NCBI RefSeq assembly: GCF_001194135.2
Contig: NC_068981.1
Span: forward strand, 87,408,025 to 87,472,024
DNA from: Octopus bimaculoides
Lineage: Eukaryota
Length of the DNA: 64,000 bases
Direction of reading: 5' to 3'
Below the pieces are notes generated by a model. The model saw nothing but the letters and a program-made list of their open reading frames with translations, did not search any database and was not told the DNA's origin. A program made the translations under genes and the position numbers. Every line of letters starts with the position of its first letter. Position 1 is the stretch's first letter. Below, piece by piece: positions 1 to 11,790 of this stretch.

Positions 1-892
1 TCTCAAGTTCTTATATAAAAACTTCACAAAAATTTACACACAAACGTAGATGCTTAAATTATATCTATCACACAAAACAGAAATTTTCCCTCCCAAAATG
101 ATCTAAGAAAACTCATTCATCTTGATGATAAAATCAAACTTCATACAATCAAATCACATAGCTCCTACGTTTCATTCCGCCACCCCCGATAAGTTTTGGG
201 TCTTTTCGAAAGAAAACAGGATTTCTTCCATTTCTGCACTTCGGAAGTGGCTTTTTTTTTCTTTATTACTGCATACTATGATATTCGTAAATGTCAAAAT
301 AAGATACTTTTGTATTAAATAGTAAAATAAGCCTATTTAGATCTTATTTACCAATTAATACAAAATTTGGATTAGCTGAATGAGAATGGTTATCGTTTAG
401 TTGTGGAACGGTGTAAGTAGTGAACCCTAGCTAAGAAATGGCAAATTTAATACCTTAAAATCTTGGCAAATATTTCTAACTCCTTTTTTGTTTTGGGGGG
501 TTTTTTGGGGTTCTTTTGGAAATATCCTCTGTATGTTCCATCTTCCAATCATTTTTGTAAACGCATTCTTCTTACTCGGTTTTACCTTGTTTTCAGATTC
601 TTTAAGAAATCACAGAAAACAAGAAGTTTATTTACCGCTTTCATACCTATGCCTTAGAAGAACTACATTATAATACACTTTACAGTAATCTGATAATTGT
701 TGCCATATAACAGCTGAACTTTCCCGCATAATCCTCATACTCTCCTTTTAATGAATGATATTATTTTAAAAGCCTTTGTAAACGATAATTCTAAATTACT
801 AAAACTACTTCGTATTTGCTAATGTTGAAATCATATTTTATACACTGACAGTCATAATTCATAATTCTTAGTAATTTTATGCTATCTTTAAA

Positions 893-1090
893 GCGACGAG
901 CGAGCAGAGCAATTAGCATGTCAAACAAAATGCTTAGTGACATTTCTTCCGTCTTTGTTTCAATGAGGTTGACTTCGGCTCACATTCTTTCAGGGCCGAT
1001 AAAATAAGTACCACTCAAGTACTAGGGTCGATGTAATCGATTTCCCCTCTCCTCAAAAACTACTGGCCCTGTGCCCAAGTTTTGAAAACA
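893..1090 (+). mobile_element. tRNA-derived SINE, family A (about 200 bp; core CCTTTCATCCTTTCGGGGTCGATAAAATAAGTACC)
   Basis: Matches the many other copies in this window. Confidence 0.75.
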
Positions 1091-1514
1091 GCTTTATGCT
1101 ATCTCTAATTTACTTCTTGAAATTCCTCTTTCGCTATCGTAATTTGCTGGTGCTATATTTTTCTCAAACATATCGATCAAGCAATTGTACCAGAAAGCCA
1201 AGTAAAGTAACAGAGACCATTGTTTGGGTTTGTCAGACGGCATTTATAAGGTCTTTCTTTCAGAAAAAAAGATTTTACTATTTTCACTATTCATAATCTT
1301 TCTTTTATTTTCTACTTCTTAACCACACAGCCATGATTATTGAACAGTAAAAATAAATCATTCCACTACATAATTCAAATTGAACTCAGAAAAAAATTTG
1401 TTCAACCTAGGAAAGTGTAACACTAAAATAACAAGAAGGTACACATCAAATAGTAATTCAATAACCCTTATGTTTCTCATTGTATCAAATGTTTAAAAGT
1501 GACCGTTTCCTTAC

Positions 1515-1686
1515 CTTATTTACGGCAAAAGTTGTTAAGCTTACTAAAGGAATAACTGAAAGCAGGACTAATGTCACTTTCCATTGATAAGAAAATCCAA
1601 CTGCTATAGCCCCAATACAGCCACAAATTGTTTGAACCAAGGTGCCAAAACTGCTTCCCATGCCACGAGAGATTGTGATCATCGAT
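1515..1686 (-). CDS. ABCB1: ABCB coding exon 5 (TM3-TM4)
   Basis: ttttctag|A ... AATAAG|gtaagg; GFSYQWKVTLVLLSVIPL matches GFTRGWKLTLVILAISP. Confidence 0.92.
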
Positions 1687-4600
1687 CTAGAAAATATATA
1701 CATCAAAAAATTCTATTACAAACATTATTTAAGAATGAAGGAAAACAAAAGTTAACTTAATTCTAAGAAATTATTTAATACTAAAAATATTCAAGTAATG
1801 TCGGTTTCTGGTTTAGGTTCAAGGTCAACAATTTTAAGAGAAGGAAATAAGTCGATAACAATGACGCCAGTGTTTGACTGGTACTTTGTGTTCTCAACCC
1901 CGGAAAAAATGAAAGTTGATCTCGGCAGGAGTCGAACACAGAATGTGCAAGTTGGGAAGTAAATACCTGAAAGTATTTTGGTCAAGACTTTAACAATTCC
2001 GTCGACTTACCGCCCCGGTACTCAGCTAATATATTGGTTTCAAATTTTGACGCAAGGTCAGTAATTTCGGGAGAATGGGTAAGTCGGTTACATTGACCCA
2101 AGTGCTCAACTGGTACTTATTTTATTGACATCGATAGGATGGAAGGCATAGTCGACCTCGGCAGAATTTGAACTCAAAACATAAAAACAGACGAAATGTC
2201 ATTAAGCATTTTGTCTGGCATACAAACAATTCTGCCAGTTTGCCATCCTGTACTCAACTAATATTGATTTCAAATTCTGGTACAAGGTCGGCAATTTCAG
2301 AAAAGGGGTTAAGGCGATTACATCGACCCCCAGGGCCCAACTGGCACTCATTTTATCAATCCCGAAAGGATAAAAGGCAAAATCAGCCTCGGCGAAATTT
2401 AAACTCAGAAGTAAAGACCGATAAAATGCTACTCGGCATTTTGCCTGGTGTGCTAACAATTTTGCCCGCTCACTGCCTAGCATTCGACTAATATCAAATG
2501 ATGAAATACTTACTCTGCCTGATAGTTGATTAACATTCCAGGGGTATGCTTGTCAAACCATGATAGATCTTGCCGCAAAATGCTTCTCATAACATTTTTC
2601 CTCATGCAAAGCATTTGTCTGTCTGTGGAAATTCTCCAGAGAGCATTACCAAAGCTTCCGACAAATACTGCACCTGCTAATGCTAAAGATACAGAAAAAA
2701 ATGTTTGAATGGAAACCTGGTTGAGTAAATGTATGTTGGTATAGGTTTCACATTTTGGCTCAAGGTCAGCAATTTCAGAGAAGGGGTTAAGTTGACTACG
2801 TCGACCCCCAGAGCTTATTTTGCTGACCTTGAAAGGGATGAAAGACAAGGTCGACTCAGAACGTAAAGACAGACGAGATACTGCTAAGCATTTTGCCTGG
2901 CGTGCTGACGATTCTGCCACCTCGCTGCCTTATATGTATATTAATATTGATAAACTTTAATAAAACAATAAACTGGCAGAACCGGTTAGTATGCCGGGTA
3001 AAATGCTTAGCGGCATTTCGTCCATCTTTACATTCTGAGTTCAAATTCTGCAGAGGTTGACTTAGCCTTTCATTCTTTCAGAGTCGATAAAATAAGTACC
3101 AGTTGAGTACTGGGGTCAAAGTCATCGACCTACCCATCCTCCGAAGATACTGGCTTTGTGACAAAATTTGAAAACAATATTGATAAACTTTAATAACATT
3201 AATGCTATAAATAGTAGAGGCGCATGGGTTAGTGATTAGGGTGTTGGACTCATGATCATATGGTTTCGATTCCTGGACTGGGCAATGTTTTGTGCTCTTG
3301 AGTAAGTCATTTCATTTCACGTTGCTCCTGTTCAGTTAGCTGGCAAAGAAAAAAGAAATTCTGTGATGGACTGACGTTCCGTCCAGATGGGAAATATATA
3401 AGTCCCAGAAACCGGCTTTAAGAGTCTATAGGTAGGACTCTACCAGATCTGTTAATCCACCGCCCTATTACGTTTATGTTATTAAAATAGGTATTTGTCT
3501 TATTCATTAATGAAATATATGTATGTATGCGCATACATGCTGTATGTATTTCAGCCCATAGTCAGTGTTACAAGAAAGGCTATCGATGATAATTGGACTT
3601 GCAATTAACGAAATACTTTAATTATCACAAAATTCTACCTAAAAAATTTTTAACTAAATCAAACAGAAATATTTGCCATTTAACTGATAAATTCAAAACT
3701 ATCAAATTATTTCAAAGACCCGATTTCTCTTCATCTAATCTAAAACCTATTTCAGAGAAAGTCTTACTCTCTTTACATATTATTCTTTATCCAGTCTCAC
3801 GCAAGAAAAGTACATTCGCAATTTTACACTGTTAAAGATGTCGAACCGAAGGGACGCCGGACGAAATACATAGCAGTATTTCTTCCGACTTTGTGTTCTG
3901 AGCTCAAATTCCGCCGAGGTTGAATTTACCTTTCATCCCTTTATAGTCAATAAAATATAAACTAGTTGAGCATTGGGATCTTTTATGTTTGGCTGTCACT
4001 TTTCAGTTTCTGGATCTGTTCAATTTCGTCCAATTGATTTCAAATTTGGTACATTGGTGTAGTTTTGTATGCTAATTTTCATTTTCACCATTTATCAATA
4101 AAAAAAAGCAGTTGATAGCTTTTAAAGTTTGCAAATTTGGGATAATTTTAACCAATCGAAAGCCACAGACATATAGGTGCCTGTTTCCATAGTAACAAGC
4201 CAAGCGTTTGCACTCTCCTGTATAAATCATGTGTGCTTATGAAAAACAAAATGTGTTGTTTACTCTTTTTTTCGAACTGGACAGCAGTTTGTTTTTTCTG
4301 CTCTTAAAACTACAAAATATGTTGTTTACTCGTTTTTTAGTAATTTTCGTTTATTAAATACTTATTACACGTGCTATCGTCGCAACTTTGTAACTTCTTC
4401 AAGACTTTTTTCTAGAACAAGTGAATTATATCTTGAGATTCAGCGTGAAAATTTACATCAATACACCAAATTTGAAAATTTTCACTTAATTTTAAAATTT
4501 AAAAAGGTGCAAACAAACAGAAATAATCCGAGCACTGGGGTCGATGTAATCGACAAGCCCTTCCTCCCACAATTTCAGGCCTTGTGCCTATAGCAGAAAA

Positions 4601-7600
4601 GGTTATTAAATAGCTTACTGGTACTATTTTATAATATTTGTACATAGTTTCAAAAGTCTTCCATCAACTATTCTAAACAATATATTTGTTTCTTAATATT
4701 TAAGATATAAAACAATGATTCAATAATTTACGACCTTATATAAACACCTTAAATTAGAAAACCGTAATGTAATGTGTCGAGAATCAATTAGCTTAGATGC
4801 AGCCAGGCTCTCTCTAAACTGTTAATAACAAACCGATATTGAAACTGCAAAGTGAAGTAAAGTGACTGAATCGAAAATCGAACCAATCTAGTAGAAACAT
4901 TATATATTTATTAAAATAAAAGTGACTGGGAAAATCTTACCTAGAAATTGGTAAATATCATCGCTTATCTCATCGAGTACAACTTCATCAGGAACGGTAT
5001 CATTGAAATTGCATATCCTACCAAAAGAAAGTAAATTGTATGGAAATTCCAGTATTTTGATAAATTTTGTCAGAATCCACGAATAGTATAAGTCCTCAAA
5101 TAGTTTCCTGTTGTGTTGTGCGGAACTGATTTTTTTATTTACTTGAAAAACTATATTTAATCATTTAAAATATTCGACCAGTAACCTATGTCTTTTATGT
5201 GTGCTTTTAGTCAAATAAGGCAGAGTAGGGCCCTTAATGTTTAACATGCCCTCCCATGTAATTGGTGCAGTTCATGATCACATTTAACATCTGTATGCTG
5301 GTGTTCATCGATCAAATGTGGACAGGGGGAAATTGCAGAGGATAACAGTTCTGGGAATGAAGGAACGGCTGAAGTGTTTATTGGAGTCTGAAAGGTGAGA
5401 CAAAGAGTGGCGAGAGGAGGGCAGCTGAATGCGACAGCGTTCCTTAGGGCTGAGAGTAAACATCTTTATAAACGGGTCGCTGCAGTGTCATTGTAAAAAG
5501 CAAAGAGAGGCAACACGTCTGTTGGCTAGATGATGAAACCATTTGATACTGAATCTTTGATAATTAATTGAATAACTTACTTTAAAATTCTGTCTCTATT
5601 CTTAAGAGAGACAGAACCATTCTGGGGGTGAATGTAGTACACTGGTGTAGGTCTTACTTGTACTTTGTACAGGTTTGCAGTTGAGAAGAAATAAAACTGT
5701 TTTTTTCGGGGTGGGGGGTCTGTAATGTTATATATGAGAGATAACACCCATAAGACATCATCAGAAACATGTGCACTTGTCTCTTCCAGCTTTACCCAGC
5801 TGTAATATTAGACATATGTTTGGGATAGAAACTGGCTTAATATATTTTTTTGCAATTAAGGCAGCGAGCTGGCAGAACTGTTAGTACGCCGTCTTTACGT
5901 TTTGAGTTCAAAATCCACGAAGATCGACTTTGCCTTTTATCCTTTCGGGATCGATAAAATAATTACCAGTCGAGCACTGGGATCGATGTAATCGACTTAC
6001 CCTCTCCCAAAAAATTGCTGGCCTTATGCCGAAATGTGAAACCAATATATTTTTTTTGCAATTACAATGACAATAAATTGGTTTGAATTGAACTGAATTA
6101 AACTGCTTGAAGATACACTATCATTTTTTTATATTCTATTAGTAAAGCAGTAACATAATATATCAAATAAATGTTCATCACTCGAATGCAGAGATTTTTA
6201 TATGAATTATGAAGCAATTAGTAATGTTATATGTTATCAAAAGAACAGATATTGCAACCAATTCACTCTCAAAATGACCGCGGTATCTGTATCAACAAAT
6301 CTTGTAACACACCCAAAAGAACGCCCGAAACATTTTTTCAAGGCTAACCAGATGCACTTGCTCTGATATGATAATAAGCTGCACCATAGCAGAATAATAA
6401 TACAGATTTCGTTCCATGGTTAAAGATTGTTTTTAAAACGCGTACTACAGATTGTTATTCAATCAATTCGTTTCAATAATTTTTATCATAGACAATTGAA
6501 TGTAATTCTTTCAGAGTGCATTTATTTTTTGGTGTAAAAAGAAAAATAATAGACAGCAACTTTCAGGGTCGAAGAGATGACATGTGTATTACAAAATATA
6601 GTTTTCAAAGATGCTCTGTCCCAAGACTACACCTCCAGACTGTGGATTTTACACGATTTTCAGAACCATACGCTTTTCAAAGGAAATCATATATTTCCTG
6701 GTACTTTTTACCTTCCAGTAATCTTATAGTTTTCAAAATAACTGTGAAATTTCCACGTACTCAACTAGAATTGATAAAACATTTGATCTAAATGCGTTCA
6801 CAAAAGTAATACAACTTACCTTTCTACAGTTAAATGTGATTCAGCTAATTTCTTTGCCACATCGCTAAATACAATTACGTACACAACTATTACCATCCCA
6901 TGTATAGCAGACAAAATGGTTGCAATTATCATGAGGAATATATCAAACCTCGTTGCAAAGCGAAACTGAAAAATAGAAATATAATGTTTCCAAGTAATAA
7001 TACATTAGATAGTAAATTCATCGCCTCAATCACTGCCACCAATGTTATTGTTATTATCGTAATTATTATCATAAACATTATTAATATTTCGGTGAATTTA
7101 GCTTGCTTCGTTATTACTAAGTTTTTGTTCATGTAGATCTGGTGTGTGTTTATGGTCGTTCTAATACATAATATTAGAATATTCATTCAAGATTGAAAGG
7201 AATAACAGAATGTTTCTTAATTTAAATAAATACCCTAAACTGTGTTCTCTCTTTTGTAGTTGCGTAAGAAAATCCACCCACAAAAAAAATTACGAAATAT
7301 TCATTAGCAAACATTCCATTCAAAATTAAGAACTGAATAGGCACTAATACAAATTGCAATTAAAACAAAACATTTAGAATTAAATTTCATCTTATTCAGA
7401 CACTTGTGAATGACTGGAATAACCTTTCCTGAGGAAACTGAAAAAGAAACAGTAGATTCTTGTTCAGATGTTAGCATTTCAGATAAAACTTTGTTAATTT
7501 CGTCTTAATTAATAATTGAGGCATGTTCTTATTAACGATAAATATCAGCAGCATAAAGGAAGCGAACTGACAGAACCGGTTAGCACGTCGTGTAACATGC

Positions 7601-8431
7601 TTAACAGTATTTCGTTCATCTTTATGCTCTGAATTCAAAATCTGCCGAGGTTGACTTTGCCTTTCATCCCTTTGGGGTCGATAAAATAAGTACCTGTTCA
7701 ACACTGCGGACGATGAAATCGACTTACCCCCTGCCCCGAAATTGCTGGCCTTGTGCCAAAGCTTGAAACCAATATTTCTTCGAAAAATCATGTATTTCTA
7801 ACGTGCAATCGTTATCTCATGAGAAACTTTAATTGCGTTTTCATCCTCTTTTGTTTCACAATCTGAAAATTATAACCATCCAAGCGAAACAATATTTAGC
7901 ACCTTTGCAGGTACAGGAAATTTTAACTTCCCTGAAAAGCCTGAGCAGAGAGAGAGAGGCAAGAAACTGACTCTGAGAGAGGCAAGAAACTGACTCTGAG
8001 AGAGGCAAGAAACTGACTCGACCAAAATAAAATTTATCATTAATCTCTTCTATGGTATTGAGTACTTTTTTCCAACAGTCAACACTAAATGTGTGTGTGT
8101 TTCTATGTGTGTGTGTTTCTATGTGTGTGTGTTTCTATGTGTGTGTGTTTCTATGTGTGTGTGTTTCTATGTGTGTGTGTTTTTATGTGTGTGTGTTTCT
8201 ATGTGTGTGTGTTTCTATGTGCGTGTGTGTGTGAGTTCGAGATTTAAAATATTTAGTTGATTTTTCTTTTCATTTATTGTTTAGTCTCTTCACACAAATT
8301 AGACGTTACTTTATAGGTTTTTACAGAAACATTCTTATGCATTATCTACTTACCAATTGATAGAATGCTATTTTAGCCGGCATCTTGGTTTTATTTTCGG
8401 TTTCACCACTTTTATCTTCTGCTTCGTTCAT
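1515..8431 (-). CDS. ABCB1: ABCB/P-glycoprotein (MDR1-like) ABC transporter, N-terminal part; join of 8431-8354, 6965-6820, 5017-4941, 2682-2514, 1686-1515; gene continues beyond the left edge
   Basis: Five GT-AG exons with compatible phases (0,2,1,2,0) give one open frame: MNEAEDKS...IAFYQL/FRFATRFDIFLMIIATILSAIHG.../ICNFNDTVP.../LAGAVFVGSFGNALWRISTDRQ...ILRQDLSWFD.../SMITISRGMG...GFSYQWKVTLVLLSVIPL...NK. This is colinear with TM1-TM4 of P-glycoprotein (FRY..D, HG, RQ..R, RQEIGWFD, GWKLTLV). Symbol is family-level; exact orthology not established. Confidence 0.9.
1798..3180. mobile_element. Cluster of five family-A SINE copies (minus: about 1798-2014, 2030-2244, 2261-2477, 2741-2932; plus: 2971-3180) around ABCB exon 4
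   Basis: Repeated head GCGAGCTGGCAGAA, GTTCAAAT B-box, central core and GGCCTTGTGCCAAAATTTGAAACCAATAT tail. Confidence 0.8.
2514..2682 (-). CDS. ABCB1: ABCB coding exon 4 (TM2 and intracellular loop 1)
   Basis: tctttag|CA ... GCAGA|gtaagt; RQ..MR and ILRQDLSWFD motif; acceptor could be shifted 6 or 9 nt in frame. Confidence 0.92.
3217..3425 (+). mobile_element. tRNA-derived SINE, family D (degenerate)
   Basis: GGCGCATGG..TAGTG head, GTTTCGATTCC B-box, GATGGACTGACGTTCCGTCCAG segment shared with the 33171 copy. Confidence 0.65.
3976..4529. mobile_element. Non-autonomous TIR element (Merlin-like), inserted in a family-A SINE
   Basis: Termini GGATCTTTTATGTTTG / CAAACAGAAATAATCC; 8-bp TSD gagcattg/gagcactg; SINE halves at about 3840-3975 and 4530-4600. 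Confidence 0.7.
4941..5017 (-). CDS. ABCB1: ABCB coding exon 3 (extracellular loop 1)
   Basis: ttttggtag|G ... CTAG|gtaaga; 77 bp, phases 2/1 fit both neighbours; has N-glycosylation sequon NDT as expected for P-gp loop 1. Confidence 0.85.
5210..5680 (-). mobile_element. Decayed 3' end of a CR1/L2-group LINE
   Basis: Minus-strand fragments read like RRVASL.F and SFIPRT motifs of the post-RT region; heavily degenerate. Confidence 0.4.
5858..6050 (+). mobile_element. Family-A SINE
   Basis: Head, B-box, core and tail present; internal deletion. Confidence 0.8.
6820..6965 (-). CDS. ABCB1: ABCB coding exon 2 (TM1)
   Basis: tttttcag|TTTCGC ... GAAAG|gtaagt; 146 bp; FRFATRFDIFLMIIATILSAIHGMVIVVYVIVFSDV. 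Confidence 0.92.
7556..7779 (+). mobile_element. Family-A SINE
   Basis: Full-length match to other copies. Confidence 0.8.
7953..8019. repeat. 23-bp tandem repeat x3 (AGAGAGGCAAGAAACTGACTCTG)
   Basis: Three directly readable units. Confidence 0.9.
8088..8235. repeat. Compound GT minisatellite (ATGTGTGTGTGTTTCT)n
   Basis: About 9 units of 14-16 bp. Confidence 0.85.
8354..8431 (-). CDS. ABCB1: ABCB coding exon 1 (MNEAEDKSGETENKTKMPAKIAFYQL)
   Basis: Acceptor ttttcag at 8434-8435, ATG at 8431, donor TTG|gtaagt; phase 0 joins FRFATRFD. Confidence 0.85.
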
Positions 8432-9122
8432 ATCTGAAAACATGTTTCTTTCTTTAAATTTTGTTTGGAATTTCAATAATATTCTAATCATATACAACAC
8501 GTAAAAGTATCCCAATCAACTAATTGGCTATATCTAAGCAATACTCACACACACACACACACACTTACATGTGTGTGTGTGTGTGCGTGTGTACATATAT
8601 AATAGAGGCGAATAAGGATATATTATATAACATACAAGATAAATTTTTAATTCATTGAAATTATCTCCGCTTTCAAAATAGGTAGGCCAATCCCTTGAAA
8701 GCAATTAGTACCAACTCCAAATGAGAAAGCGAGGTTATCTCAAGAATCAAAAATTCTCCAAACTGGCCATGTTATTTTGGAAAAATTGGTCTACTTGTCT
8801 GAAGACAGACAACTGTTGGGTAATTATTTCTGCCTCAATAGATGTCCTCAGCACAGCAATTATCCAATCTTATCTTCAGCAGACGAGACACAAGACACTA
8901 AGACATAAAAAAAAGAGTAGAACGCATTTATGATCCTATGTAAATAATATAATTGAAACATAATAAAGATGAATAAGGTTATATGTGTGAGTTTGTGCGT
9001 ACGTGTGTGTGTGTATTTGTGTGTATGTGTGTGTGAGTGTGCGTGTGGATTTGTGTGTGTGTGTGAATCTGTGTATTTGTGTGAGAGTGTGTATGTATTT
9101 GTGTGTGTGTGTGTGTATTTTC

Positions 9123-9156
<34 letters not shown>

Positions 9157-9346
9157 ACATGTGTAAATATACTTGTGTCGTGAAGAAGTTGGCTTTGCAA
9201 CCATGTGATTTCGAGTTCAGTCCCCTTGTGCTGCACCTTGGGCAAGAGTCTTCTACTATAGTCCCGGGCCTACCAATGCCTTGTGAGTAAATTTGATGGA
9301 CAGTAACTGTACGAAAGTTTGGCATATATATTATTGTGTGTGTGTA

Positions 9347-9404
<58 letters not shown>

Positions 9405-9745
9405 NNNNNNNNNNNNNNNNNNNNNNNNNNNNNNNNNNNNNNNNNNNNNNNNNNNNNNNNNNNNNNNNNNNNNNNNNNNNNNNNNNNNNNNNNNNNNNNN
9501 NNNNNNNNNNNNNNNNNNNNNNNNNNNNNNNNNNNNNNNNNNNNNNNNNNNNNNNNNNNNNNNNNNNNNNNNNNNNNNNNNNNNNNNNNNNNNNNNNNNN
9601 NNNNNNNNNNNNNNNNNNNNNNNNNNNNNNNNNNNNNNNNNNNNNNNNNNNNNNNNNNNNNNNNNNNNNNNNNNNNNNNNNNNNNNNNNNNNNNNNNNNN
9701 NNNNNNNNNNNNNNNNNNNNNNNNNNNNNNNNNNNNNNNNNNNNN

Positions 9746-10740
9746 GTTTCGTGGCTGTTTCGTAAAGATTCGCATTTGTTATAAGTCTCTTTAATGATCT
9801 GTGTTGCTTTTGGCATTTGATTAGTTTATGCGTTTTCAATATGTTGTTAATTTGGGGATATATATATATATATAAATTAACAACATCCTGAAAACGCATA
9901 AACTAATCAAATGCAAAAAAGCAGCACAAATCACTAAAGAGACTTAAACCACGAAACCAATGGTTAAAAAATGCGGACGCCCAAACTGTGGAACATGTCC
10001 CAACCTACTTGAAAGCTCGGATATCCTTTTCAAACAAGGAGAGAGGTTCGCAGTTAACACCAGTTTCACTTGTGCCTCTGAGAACCTAATTTATGTAATA
10101 ACCTGCTCGGGTTGTAAACAACACTATATTGGACAGACGAGTATGACTTTGAGACGGAGAACCATTCTATATAAAGAGAAGATCCGGTTCCCGCAATACA
10201 GACAAATTCCTCTAAGTGAACACATAGAGAAATGTGCAGGTAACATCAAACCAAATTTTACAGTCTTCCCCTTCTACCAGTGCAAGGATACAACTTCTCT
10301 ACAAGAACGTCTAAATAAACTTTTTTCATCGAAAAATACAGAACGCGTCTAAATATACACGCATAACCAGCTTTGATCTCTACATATCTTAATTCATGAT
10401 TACATCACTGTACATACATCTCCCCACTAAACTAGTTTTCGAACTTTTGCGTATATATATATATATATATATTTCTACGCCCCTACTGAAAGCTGAACAG
10501 TTATCTCCCCTATCCACAATAATAACGATAACCAATTACCTCCCCTTAGTTTTTCTACTGTTTGTATCATTCACTCAAAATATCACACACGACATAGACC
10601 AAAAAATTTCTTCTTAAGAAAATACGCATCTAAACAATTAAATCTTAATGTCATGAATAGCGAAAGCGAAACCGGTCGATGGTCGATATATTAAAAATTA
10701 TATTAAAACTATGTAAAGTGTGTGCATTTTCCTTCTTTAT
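9746..10740 (+). mobile_element. Penelope-like element (Neptune type) 3' fragment: GIY-YIG endonuclease, inverted 5' segment, decayed hammerhead
   Basis: ORF 9960-10352: KCGRPNCGTC...FTCASENLIYVITCSGCKQHYIGQT (Cys linker plus GIY-YIG); 9746-9852 is an inverted copy of 9874-9958. Confidence 0.85.
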
Positions 10741-10779
10741 TTTCATATTTATATATATATATATATATTCTTTTACCCT

Positions 10780-11049
10780 TTTACTCTTTTACTTATTTCA
10801 GTCATTTGACTGTGGCCATGCTGGAGCACCGCCTTTAGTCGAGCAAATCGACCCCATGACTTATTCTTTGTAAGCCTAGTACTTATTCTATCAGTCNNNN
10901 NNNNNNATCGACCCCATGACTTATTCTTTGTAAGCCTAGTACTTATTCTATCAGTCTCTTTTGCTGAACCGCTAAGTTACGGGGACATAAACACACCACC
11001 ATCGGTTGTCAAATGATGTTGGGGGGCAAACACAGGCACACAAACATAT

Positions 11050-11098
<49 letters not shown>

Positions 11099-11266
11099 TA
11101 CAACCGGCTTCTTTTCAGTTTCCATCTAACAAATCCACTCACGAGGTTTTGGTCGGCCCAAGGCTATAGTAGAAGACACTTGCCCAAGGTGCCACGCAGT
11201 GGGACTGAACCCGGGACCATGTGATTGGTAAGCAAGCTACTTACCACACACCCACTCCCACGCCTA
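10780..11266 (-). mobile_element. tRNA-derived SINE, family B (internal microsatellite, GAAACAAGTAAAAGAGTAAAAG tail)
   Basis: Head TAGGCG..GGAGTGG..GTGTGGTAAGTAGCTTGC; related copies or fragments at about 9175-9335, 35470-35650, 39186-39371, 41845-42228, 43098-43450, 46060-46340, 58182-58563, 60390-60540. Confidence 0.8.
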
Positions 11267-11409
11267 AACATAAAGACAGACGAAATGTCACTAAGCATTT
11301 CGCCCGGCGCGATAACGTTTCTACCAGCTCATATATGTATGTGTGTGTGTGTGTGTGTGTTTCTGTCTGTCTGTCTGTATGTATGTATGTGCGTGTGTGT
11401 GTGTGTGTA

Positions 11410-11448
<39 letters not shown>

Positions 11449-11459
11449 AAGAGAGAGAG

Positions 11460-11790
11460 AGACATACATACGTACGTACATACATACGTACATACATACA
11501 TACATACATACATACATACATACGTACGTACATACATACATACATACATACATACATACATACATACGTACGTACGTACATACGTACGTACATACATACA
11601 TACATACATACATACATACATACATACATACATACATACGTACATACATACATACATACATACATACGTACATACATACATACATACGTACATACATACA
11701 TACATACATACATACATACATACATACGTACGTACGTACATACATACATACATACATACATACATACATACATACATACATACATACATA
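11460..11790. repeat. (CATA)n/(CGTA)n microsatellite
   Basis: Direct reading; source of spurious YIHT/MYVC ORFs. Confidence 0.95.

Noticed and set aside
1-1514. Next ABCB exon (expected AYAKAG..AEE..IRTV..F)
   Set aside because: Minus-strand frames I checked show no such motif; it probably lies left of the window
6929-7186. Hydrophobic 85-aa minus-strand ORF overlapping ABCB exon 2
   Set aside because: Low-complexity ATT-rich intron in the wrong frame relative to the exon
8680-8935. Possible Penelope post-RT fragment (MRKRGYL...)
   Set aside because: Only a weak RGY motif; cannot be supported by eye
8860-9899. Long ORFs rich in HT/CV/LS/ER repeats or X
   Set aside because: Translations of microsatellites and the 9405-9745 N gap; the same applies to ORFs at about 11.2-11.9, 19.0-19.5, 28.1-28.6, 30.0-30.7, 39.2-39.8, 40.6-41.1, 46.8-47.2 and 48.1-48.5 kb
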